From contig OZ220705.1 in NCBI GenBank assembly GCA_965116515.1, forward strand, positions 3,888,331 to 3,952,330: DNA of 64,000 bases. The letters are read 5' to 3'. Shown here piece by piece: positions 19,603 through 29,000 of the stretch (position 1 is its first letter; the number at the start of each line of letters is the position of its first letter). Made by a program: the position numbers and the translations under genes. The notes under the pieces are model-generated. The model was not told the origin of the DNA, did no database searches, and saw only the letters and a list, made by a program, of their open reading frames with translations. This DNA comes from Alphaproteobacteria bacterium. Its GTDB lineage: Bacteria > Pseudomonadota > Alphaproteobacteria > SP197.

Positions 19603-19833
19603 ATGGCCACCACCGCTGACCGCATCAGGCAGATCATCGCCGATAATCTCGACGTTGGCCGCGATCCCGACTTCGACGCGAAACTCGTTGACTCCGGCGT
19701 GTCCTCGGTAGACTGCATCGCGTTTTTCAAGATTGTGAACGACGAGTTCAGCCTGGGACTGGTCGCCGAGGAGTGCCGGCAATTCGAGACACTGAATCAA
19801 TTGGTTCAGCACATCGATCAGAAGGCGGCATAA
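19603..19833 (+). CDS. Stand-alone acyl/peptidyl carrier protein (77 aa) with an atypical phosphopantetheine-site motif
   Basis: Four-helix-bundle-sized ORF MATTADRIRQIIADNLDVGRDPDFDAKLVDSGVSSVDCIAFFKIVNDEFSLGL. Candidate attachment Ser within DSGVSSVD (19690..19713). GGAGAC RBS. Sits directly upstream of a PPTase and a PKS. Confidence 0.65.
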   Translation: MATTADRIRQIIADNLDVGRDPDFDAKLVDSGVSSVDCIAFFKIVNDEFSLGLVAEECRQFETLNQLVQHIDQKAA

Positions 19834-19853
19834 CAGCACATCTGCACTGACGA

Positions 19854-19889
19854 CTGACAGGATGTCGCACCTGGCCCGTCGCTGGGTCG
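19854..19889 (+). terminator. Candidate intrinsic terminator hairpin after the carrier-protein gene (GTCGCACC...GGTGCGAC with a nested CCGTCG/CGACGG stem). No U-tract.
   Basis: Inverted repeat read directly 21 nt after the stop codon. Confidence 0.3.
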
Positions 19890-20340
19890 ACGGTGCGACA
19901 GGATGCCCGGGCCAGGGTTCCCGACCGAACAACGGGCTCCTCGCCATGGATTCTTGAGGGCCGGCCGGCCTTGGCGCCTTCCGGACTTTCGCCTGCGGCC
20001 AACCGGCACACGTGCCGCAAAGGGGTCACGGAAAAGCCGAACCGGCGTCGGCCGGGCATCCGCATCCACTCTGTCAGCAGGTGGCGACATGGCCGCCACG
20101 CCCAAAGCTGCTGCCTGTCCAACTCGACGAGTAGCCAGCCGGCACCGGAACTTCGAGTCGAACGGTGCCCATGGCGTCCGGTTGTGCGCCGGAACGCTTC
20201 CAGCGTCCTGGTACAGTCCGTGCCGATCACCCGGGCGGGGCTATCGAGGACCCTGGTCGACGCCGAGAGACGGGCCCCATTTGCGGATCTGAATGCGGCC
20301 GGTAGAGTCCCCGGAGGCATGGCGACCAAGGACTCCGACC

Positions 20341-21045
20341 ATGACCCTGACGGAGAACACATGGTGGACTCACTGGCGCGAGGTGGATGGCACGATCGTT
20401 CTCCATGTCGATCTGGCGCCGGATGCCGGGCGCGAGGCGCGGGCGGTCTCGTTGCTCGACGACAGCGAGAAAGCGCGCGGCCTCCGCTTCCGGTCCGTTT
20501 GTGCCCGCCGCGAGTTCGTCCTTTGCCGCGCGGCGCTTCGCGTCAGCCTCGCCGAGCGCCTGGGCTGCTCTGGTGAACGGCTTTCGTTCGGCTTCCTGGA
20601 ACACGGCAAGCCCTACGCGAGGCTCGCCGACCGGTCCGTGGACATCGCGTTCAACGTCAGTCACAGCGGCGGGCACGGCCTGATCGCGATCACCGACAAG
20701 GCGAGTGTCGGTGTCGACGTGGAGGAACGTGCGCCTCAGCGCGATCTCGACGGCATCGGCAGCCTGGTGTACGGCCCCAGGGAGCAGCGGTTCCTGGGGA
20801 ACGCTTCGGATCGGGAGAAAGTGCAGATCTTCTATCGCCTGTGGAGCATGAAGGAAGCGTTGATCAAGGCACTCGGCACCGGGTTTTCCCTGAACCCGTC
20901 GGGATTCGAGGTTCCCGGACCGATGCTGCGGGGAGAACGGTCCGGCATCTTCCGCTTCCCGCACCTGCCGTCACAGGCGTGGCGGGTCCTGGACCTGGGG
21001 GAGTCCCGATTCGCCGCCGCGCTTGCCTACCGGCTGTCGTCATGA
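20341..21045 (+). CDS. 4'-phosphopantetheinyl transferase, Sfp/EntD type
   Basis: Motifs GKPY, FNVSHSGGHGLIAI, VGVDVEE and WSMKEALIKALGTG. ATG at 20341 with an AAGGA RBS. The listed ORF starts at 20293. Confidence 0.85.
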   Translation: MTLTENTWWTHWREVDGTIVLHVDLAPDAGREARAVSLLDDSEKARGLRFRSVCARREFVLCRAALRVSLAERLGCSGERLSFGFLEHGKPYARLADRSVDIAFNVSHSGGHGLIAITDKASVGVDVEERAPQRDLDGIGSLVYGPREQRFLGNASDREKVQIFYRLWSMKEALIKALGTGFSLNPSGFEVPGPMLRGERSGIFRFPHLPSQAWRVLDLGESRFAAALAYRLSS

Positions 21046-21198
21046 CCCGGATCGATACCGGCGACGAACCGCCGGACAGCGAGTCCCGGTGCTAACCGCC
21101 GTGGCCGGAGTCCGCCCTTGTCCCGATGCGGTCGTTCGCCCAGCCTGCCGCCGCACGGCTTGCGGCCTGCGCGATGGCACATTGCACCGACAGGAATC

Positions 21199-22950
21199 AT
21201 GAGCGCCGCCGAAACGCGAGGCATCCGCTTCCAGCCCGATGAGACGCCGGCTCCGGCGCTCTCGCTCGGCCTGGGACTGCAGATCGTCATTCTCTCACTG
21301 GCTGGCATCATCCTGATCCCGACGATCGTGATGCGGGCCGGCGGAGCAAGCGAGAGCTATCTCTCCTGGGCGGTGTTCGCAACGGTCGCGATCTGCGGCG
21401 CTACAACGATCCTGCACGCAATCCGGATCTGGCGAATCGGCACCGGCCACCTGGTCGTTATGGGTCCCACCGGGGTCTACATCGCCGTCTGCATTACCGC
21501 GGTTGCCGAGGGCGGGCCAGCGCTTATGGCGACCCTGGTTGTTGTCTCGTCCGTGCTTCCTCTCGTGCTGGCCGCGCGGATGCCGCTGTTCCAGCGGCTG
21601 CTGACACCGACGCTTTCGGCAACGGTCCTGATGTTGATCCCCGTGACGGTAATGCCTGCCGTGTTCGGTCTCCTGACCGCAGTACCGGACGGCACGTCCG
21701 TTCTGGCATCGGCGCTGAGCGCCCTTGCGGTACTCCTCGTCATCGTAGGCATCGCTCTGAAGGTGACGGGCGCGCCACGCTTGTGGGCGCCGATCGTCGG
21801 GGTGGTCGCAGGCTCCGTTGTCGCCGCCGCGTTCGGCCTCTACGACACGGGCCGCGTCATCGAGGCGCCGTGGATCGGTTTTCCAACGGGCGAGTGGGCG
21901 GGCTTCGATCTCGAATTCGGCCCGGCATTCTGGGCGCTTCTGCCGACCTTTCTGCTCGTTACCGTCATTGCCTCGGTCCGGACCATCAGCGGCGCCGTGG
22001 CCATTCAGCGGGTTTCGTGGCGCCGGCCGCGGGCGGTGGATTTCCGCGCGGTACAGGGCGCGATCACAGTCGACGGTCTGGGCAACCTGCTCACCGGTCT
22101 CGCCGGTACGGTGCCAAACGCGTCCACGACCGTCGGCGCATCCGTAACCGAGTTGACGGGTGTCGCCAGCCGCCACGTTGGTATCGCCACCGGCGCAATC
22201 CTTGTCGTAATAGCGTTTCTGCCGAAGGCGCTCGCCGTCGTGCTGGCGATACCGGGACCGGTGGTCGCCGCCTATCTCGGGGTGTTGCTGGCCATGATCT
22301 TCATTGTCGGAATGAGTGTCGCGATGCGCGACGGGATCGACTACCGCAAGGGCCTAATCATTGGCGTCTCCTTCTGGGTCGGTATCGGTTTCCAGTACGA
22401 CATGATCTATCCCGAACATGTTTCCGAGATCGCCGGTGGACTCCTGCGAAACGGGGTCATGACAGGAGGCGCCGCGGCCATCCTGATGACACTTTTCGTG
22501 GAATTGACGAAACCACGCCGCAGCCGTCTCGTGGTTGCGTTCGAGACCTCCTCGGTGCCGAAGATCAGGAGTTTCCTCGGCATCTTCGCCGACCGGAACG
22601 GGTGGGGCGCGGCGATGGCCGCGCGGCTCGACGCTGCCTGCGAGGAGACGCTTCTCACTCTTCTCCACCAGGACGACGGGTCAGACGTGGCGAATCCGGG
22701 CCGGCGTCTGCGTCTGGCGGTCCACAGGGAAGGCACCGGCGCGGTCGTCGAATTCGTCGTGGCCGCACAGGACGTCAACCTCCAGGATCGCCTCGCGCTG
22801 ATCGGCGACGAGCCGGGCGCAACGCCTGCGGAGCGGGAGGTGTCGCTGCGACTCTTGCGCGGGTTGGCATCCTCTGTGCATCACCAGCAGTATCACGGTG
22901 TCGACATCGTGACCGTTCGCGTTGCGGCGCCGATGTCCGGCGCCGATTGA
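21199..22950 (+). CDS. NCS2-family (nucleobase:cation symporter-2 / xanthine-uracil permease-like) transporter with a ~150-aa C-terminal cytoplasmic extension of unknown function
   Basis: TM1 motif PALSLGLGLQIVIL. NCS2 signature region TTVGASVTELTGVASRHVGIATGAILVVIAFLPK, which I compare with UraA ...TGVASRYVG.... The C-terminal soluble part (FETSSVPKIRSF...VEFVVAAQD...) is not recognisable with confidence. Confidence 0.7.
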   Translation: MSAAETRGIRFQPDETPAPALSLGLGLQIVILSLAGIILIPTIVMRAGGASESYLSWAVFATVAICGATTILHAIRIWRIGTGHLVVMGPTGVYIAVCITAVAEGGPALMATLVVVSSVLPLVLAARMPLFQRLLTPTLSATVLMLIPVTVMPAVFGLLTAVPDGTSVLASALSALAVLLVIVGIALKVTGAPRLWAPIVGVVAGSVVAAAFGLYDTGRVIEAPWIGFPTGEWAGFDLEFGPAFWALLPTFLLVTVIASVRTISGAVAIQRVSWRRPRAVDFRAVQGAITVDGLGNLLTGLAGTVPNASTTVGASVTELTGVASRHVGIATGAILVVIAFLPKALAVVLAIPGPVVAAYLGVLLAMIFIVGMSVAMRDGIDYRKGLIIGVSFWVGIGFQYDMIYPEHVSEIAGGLLRNGVMTGGAAAILMTLFVELTKPRRSRLVVAFETSSVPKIRSFLGIFADRNGWGAAMAARLDAACEETLLTLLHQDDGSDVANPGRRLRLAVHREGTGAVVEFVVAAQDVNLQDRLALIGDEPGATPAEREVSLRLLRGLASSVHHQQYHGVDIVTVRVAAPMSGAD

Positions 22951-23040
22951 GAGCGGCATTGCGTCACGACTTTATTGCTGCCTGTTCACGTTTCGCTCGC
23001 GGTATGATCATGGCGGCCAGCTGACCAGGAGAGCAGTCCA

Positions 23041-26000
23041 ATGACGGATCCGGACAGGCCGGAAGGCCGCAAACAGGGAGTGTCCGCCGGCAGCGAGGCC
23101 ATGGCGATTGTAGGCATGGCCTGCCGTTTCCCCGGCGCAGACGACCTCTTCGCCTTCTGGCGCATGCTGGAAGAGGGGAAAAGCGGCGTGATCGAAGGGG
23201 TTCCCGGGTCCGGCGTTGGTCGCATCGGTGAACTGTTCGCTGAAGGCGAGGGGCGGGCCCCGGCCTGCAGGTTCGGCGCCTACCTCGACGAACTCGACCG
23301 GTTCGACGCCGCCTTCTTTCGCATCTCGCCGGTGGAAGCGCAGTTTCTCGACCCCCAGCAGCGAATGATGCTGGAAACCTGCTGGCGCGCACTGGAGGAT
23401 GCCGGCATCGACCCCGACAACCTGAAGGGCAGCCGCACCGGCGTCTTTGCGGGGATCAGCAACAACGAGTATCGCGGGCTGATCCTGGAAAGAACCCGGC
23501 CTGACGAACCCGCCGCGAGCCTTTACTCCGTCACCGGCACCTCGTTCAACACCGCGATCGGCCGGGTCTCTTTCGCTCTCGGCCTGGAGGGCCCGGCGCT
23601 CGCGCTCGATACGGCCTGCTCGTCCTCCCTGGTCGCGATACATCAGGCGGTGACCGCCCTGCAGCGAGACGAGGCGGACGTGGCACTGGCGGGCGGTGTG
23701 CATGCGATCCTCTCCGGTCGTCTGCTGGAGATGCGCGCCAATGCCGGCATGCTTTCGCCGGACGGCCGGTGCGCCACCTTCGATGCCGCTGCCAACGGCT
23801 ACGTGCGCGGTGAGGGCTGCGGGATCGTGGTGATCAAGCGTCTCTCCGATGCCGAGGCCGACGGCGACCGCATATGGGCGGTGATCCGGGGCACCGCGCT
23901 GAACCAGGATGGCGCCAGCCCGGGTCTGACCGTGCCAAGCGGTCCGGCCCAGGAAAAAGTCATGGAGTCCGCGCTGAAACAGGCTGGCCTCTCGCCTTCG
24001 GATGTGGACTACGTGGAGGCGCACGGGACAGGCACCGAGGTTGGCGACCCCATTGAAGCGCAGGCAACCGGCACGGCTTATGGCCACGGACGCGATCCCG
24101 AACGCCCGCTGCTGATCGGCTCGGTCAAGACCAATATCGGCCACCTTGAAGCGGCAGCCGGAGTCGCTGGGGTGATCAAGACGGTGCTGGCCATGAGGCG
24201 GGGCGTCATCCCCAGGCACCTCCATTTCCGGGATCCCAGTCCGGAAATCGACTGGGACCGTCTGCCCCTTCAGGTGACGGCAGAGCCCACCGAATGGCCA
24301 CGGTCTGCCGGTGCGCCGCCGCGCGCGGGGGTGAGCGGTTTCGGCTGGTCGGGGACCAACGCCCATGTGGTGCTGGAAGGGTATGGTGACCGGCACGACA
24401 CCGTCGCCGAAGATCCAGGGCGCTGGACCGACGGGCCGCCGGGGTGCATCGCCATCATTCAACCGTCCTCAATCGAAGGAGCGGCGCCGGTCGCGAAGAC
24501 GCTGGCCTCGCGCGGGTCGCGAATCCTGCCTCTCTCGGGCAGATCGAACGAAGCCCTGAGGGAACTCGCGGGATCGTACCTGTCCTGGCTCGATGAAGGC
24601 ACCCGCGCCGACAGTGCGGAAGCGCTCGCCGACATGGCCTGGACGGCCGCCGTCGGACGCAGTCATTTCGAGTGCCGGTCGGCAGTGGTGTTCCATGACG
24701 CCGGATCCCTGCGCGCCGCCCTGCAAGACCTCCGGGAAGCAGGCGGCACGCGGGTGCCGGCGGCGGCGAGGAAGGTGGCGTTCGCCTATACCGGACAGGC
24801 CAGCCAATGGCCTGGCATGGGCGAAGCGCTCTACGCAAGCGAGCCGGCGGTGCGCGCCGTGCTCGACCGCTGCGACGCGATCCTCGCCAAGGAACGGGAT
24901 GCGTCACTGCTGGACGTGATGTTCGGCCGACCGGGAGCCGCGGGTGACCTCGACGAGCCCCGGTGGAAACAGCCGGCGATCTATGCCCTTGAATGCGCGC
25001 TCACCGCGCTGTGGGACACTCTCGGCGTACGGCCGAATGTCGTGGTCGGACACAGTCTTGGCGAGATCGCGGCGGCGCAGGCTGCGGGCGTGTTCAGTCT
25101 GGAAGAAGGACTGCGCTTCGCCGCAGCCCGGGGCGGGCTGATCGGGGCGCTTCCCGGCGACGGCGCGATGGCCGCGGTCTTTGCGCCCGCTCCGCGTGTC
25201 GCCGAGGCACTGGACGAACACAATGCGGCTTCGGACGGCATTGGCCTTTGTATCGCGGTGGACAACGGCGCCCAGCAGGTGATCAGCGGTCCGGCGGTGG
25301 AGATCGACGCGATCCTGGGACGCCTGGAAGGTCAGGACATCCGGGCCGTGAAACTGCGCAGGAGCCCGGCCTACCACAGCGCGATGATCGACCCGGCCCT
25401 GGACGACCTGGAAGGCGCATTGGCCGGAACCGCGTTCGCTCCGCCTTCGATCCCGTTCGTCAGCAATCTGACCGGCCGCGCGCTGGAGGCCGGTGTCGCG
25501 CCGGACGCGTCCTATTGGCGGCGTCAGGTGCGCGAGCCGGTGGCCTTCCGTGCGTGCATCGAGACCCTGGCGGAATTTGGCGTGGACGCGATCATCGAGA
25601 TCGGTCCCCATGCCGTGTTGGGCCCGATGGCAACGATGGCATGGCCGGAATCCGCAGCCGAACCTCCTGTCGTGCTCTCAAGCCTGCGGCGGCCGGGCAA
25701 GGATGAGGAGCCGCCGCCGGCGGGTTCGGGCGGCGGCTTCATGGAGGCGGTTGCCGGCGCCTACGATGCGGGCCTGGCGCTCGACTTTCCGGGACTGTTC
25801 ACGGGCGAAACGCGCTGCCGCATCGCCCTGCCCGGCTATGCCTTCCAGCGAGAACGCTACTGGGTCGAGGGAACCAGGCGGCGGTCTCAGACCGGCCACC
25901 CCTTGCTGGGAACACGCCACGAGTCCGCGAGCGGCGAGGTCGCCTTCGACACCGAGGTCTTTCCCTCGGACCCGACGTGGCTCAACGACCATCGGGTGTT

Positions 26001-29000
26001 CGGCCGTCTGATTGCGCCCGGCGCGCTCTACGGCGCGATGGCCGCCACCAGCATCCGCGGGGATGGCGGAGGGGAAGCTGCGGTCGAGGACTTTCAGATA
26101 CAGAACGCCCTGGTCTTTCCCGAAGACGACGCGGAGGAGAGATCGAACGACAGGGGCCGGCGGATGCAGGTCCTGCTGGACGACGACGACCACGGTTCCC
26201 GCCGGATCCGCATTCTCAGCAGGGGCGACAGCGAGGACACGTGGACACTGCATGCAGAGGGCCGCATCCCGACAGACTCCTCAGGTTCGACGCGCCCACC
26301 ATCGCGCCTCGATGTCGAGGGAATGAAGGCCGGCCTCTTGCCGGTCGACCTCGCCGCTTACTACCGCTCCAAGGCGGCTGTCGGAATCGATCTCGGTCCC
26401 TCCTTCCGCACGCTGCAGGCGCTGTGGGCCCACGCCGGTGAAGCGGTCGCGGACGTGGTGCTCCCCGTCGAGCGAGAAGGTGATGCGCTCGACGTGCATC
26501 CGCTCGTGCTCGACGGCTGCTTCCAGGCCGTCGGCGCTGCGCGCAACGCCGGCAGCGACGGCGAGGACGTCACCTACCTCCCCTTCGCCTGGGAGCGACT
26601 GTGGCTGGCGGGCAGTCTGCCGGGTCGGCTGGTTTGTCATGTGAAGATGAGGGAAATTCCGCCGGGTCCGCAAGCGGATGCCGATGACTATGAGCCCGAG
26701 GTTCGGGCCGCCGACTTGTGGCTCTATGATCCGGACGGCGTACTGGTCGGCGAACTGGCCGGCTTTACGGTCAAACGCGCGACACGGGCAGCGTTGCTGG
26801 CTTCCGTGGAAGGAATTGACGATCTCATCTACGAGATCGTCTGGCGGGACAGCTCACTTGCACCCGGCATGTTGCCTGCGGATTTCCTGACCGGGCCGCG
26901 GGACATTGCGGCCGACACCCAACTCTTCAGCAACTACCTGGCGAACGAGGATGTGGGTGCGCAAAGCCGGGCCGCGCTGCTTGCGGATCTGGAGCAGTTG
27001 GCGCGCGCCTACGCCCTCCAGACTCTGGACAGGATCGGCTGGCAACGCATCGCCGGCGAACGCGTGGAGTCCGAGGCGTTGCGGGAGCATCTGGAGGTCG
27101 GCGACCACCACCGGCGACTGTTCCGCCGCATGCTGGACATGCTGGCTCAGGACGGGGTTCTGGAGGACCAGGGCGACAGCTTCGTCGTCAACGTTTCCTC
27201 CGGGGCACCTCTCCCGGGGGGACTGGCGAGCGACCCGGATGCCGTGGCTGGCGACATGGCGGCGCGGTACGCGCATGGCACAACCGAAATCGGCCTGTTT
27301 CGACGAAGCGCCGATGCCCTGGCCGATGTCCTGCAGGGACGCATGGATCCGTTGACATTGCTGTTCAGCAGCGGCGAACCGACAGCGGCCGACCTCTATC
27401 TGAAGGCGCCGGTGGCCCGCGCCGCGAACCGGATGCTGGCGGACGCTACGGCGGCATTGCTGCGAGCCCTGCCGGAAGGGCGCACGCTGCGTATACTGGA
27501 GATCGGGGCCGGCACCGGCTCGGCCACCGCGGCCATACTCCCGGAGTTTCCGGAAGGGCGCTACGAGTACACCTATACGGACATCTCGGCCGGCTTCTTC
27601 GCGGAGGCGGAATCGCGCTTCGGCGGTGCCGAGGCATCGATCAACTACCGGGTGCTGGATATCGAGAAGGACCCGGTGGAACAGGACTTCGACCGGCACG
27701 GCTACGACCTCGTGATCGCTTCCAATGTGCTGCACGCGACACGATATCTGAACGAGACGCTGGCGCACTGCCTCAAGGTCCTCGCCCCGTCGGGCCAGCT
27801 TGTCGCGCTGGAGAACCTGCGTGGCCAGGGATGGCTCGACCTGACCTTCGGGCAACTCGACGGCTGGTGGCGATTTGCCGACACGTATCGCCCACACCAT
27901 GCCCTCGCCACTCCGGCGGTGTGGCGCCAGGCATTGGGTGACGCCGGCTTCGGGGACATCGCGATCCTTGGCTTCGACGAGTCCGACCCGAACGCCAATC
28001 CGGACCGGGGGGTGATCCTTGCCCGGGGTCCGGCGGACGTGAGCGAGACGCCGGGTATCTGGGTCCTGGCCGCCGACCGCGGTGGCGTGGCGGCGGATCT
28101 CGCGGCGGATCTCGCGGCACACAACCAGACGGTGGTGCTTGCCGGACCGCAAGCGCCCCCCGGCGAACCAACGGAGGCCGCGGGCGTCGTCAAGACTCTC
28201 GTGGAGGCGGAGCGACGCGAGTCGTGGACATCCCTGCTCGAAGACCTGCCGGGCGACCTTGCAGGTGTCGTTCATCTTGCCGGGCTGGACGGCCATGGCG
28301 CGCAGGCGACGACCGCGGAACTGGCCGAGGACACCCGCCATGCGGCGGCGAGCGCGCTGGCACTGACCCAGGCGCTGGTGGACAGCGATCTGGCCCTGTC
28401 GAAGGGTCTCTGGTTCCTGACACGGGGCGCGCAGATCCTGGAGCGCGAGCGTGGCGGACAACTGACCGGCGCCGCTCTGTGGGGCTTCGGCAAGGTGGCG
28501 GCACGGGAAGCGCCCCAGCTGCAACCGAGAATGCTGGATCTCGATCCCGACGATGCGGTCCTGCCATCCGGCCTGGCGGACGAGTTCCTCCATCCCGATG
28601 CGGAAACACACATCGCCCGTCGATTCGGCCGCCGCCTTGGCGCGCGGCTGGTCCGCGCAGAAGCGGTCGCGGACCGGCTGATCCTGCCCGAGGAGCCCGG
28701 TTGGGAACTGAAGCCCGATGCCGGCGGCTCGCTCGACTCGATCGGGATCATGCAGGTGCCGCCGCTCAGGCTCGAACCCGGAGAGGTCCGCGCAGCGGTC
28801 GACGCCTTCGGGCTCAATTTCCGCGACGTTTTCATCGCCATCGGCGTCGTCGACGACTTCATGGGCGGGGAATTCTGCGGCCGCGTCCTCGAAGTCGGAG
28901 AGGGTGTTACCGGCGTCTCCGTGGGAGACCGCGTCGTCGGACTGACGTTCCGCAACTACGGCTCCGAGACCGTGACTCTGGAAAAGATGATCGTGCCCGC

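Noticed and set aside
21295-22176. 293-aa minus-strand ORF inside the permease gene
   Set aside because: Antisense to an NCS2 transporter with clear TM and signature motifs. Arg/His-rich low-complexity translation typical of GC-frame artefacts.
28088-28117. Short tandem DNA repeats inside the PKS (GCGGCGGATCTC x2 encoding ADLAADLA; also GADDGADD at 30421..30444)
   Set aside because: They are in-frame coding micro-repeats in linker regions, not CRISPR or other non-coding repeat arrays. No spacer-repeat periodicity is present anywhere in the window.
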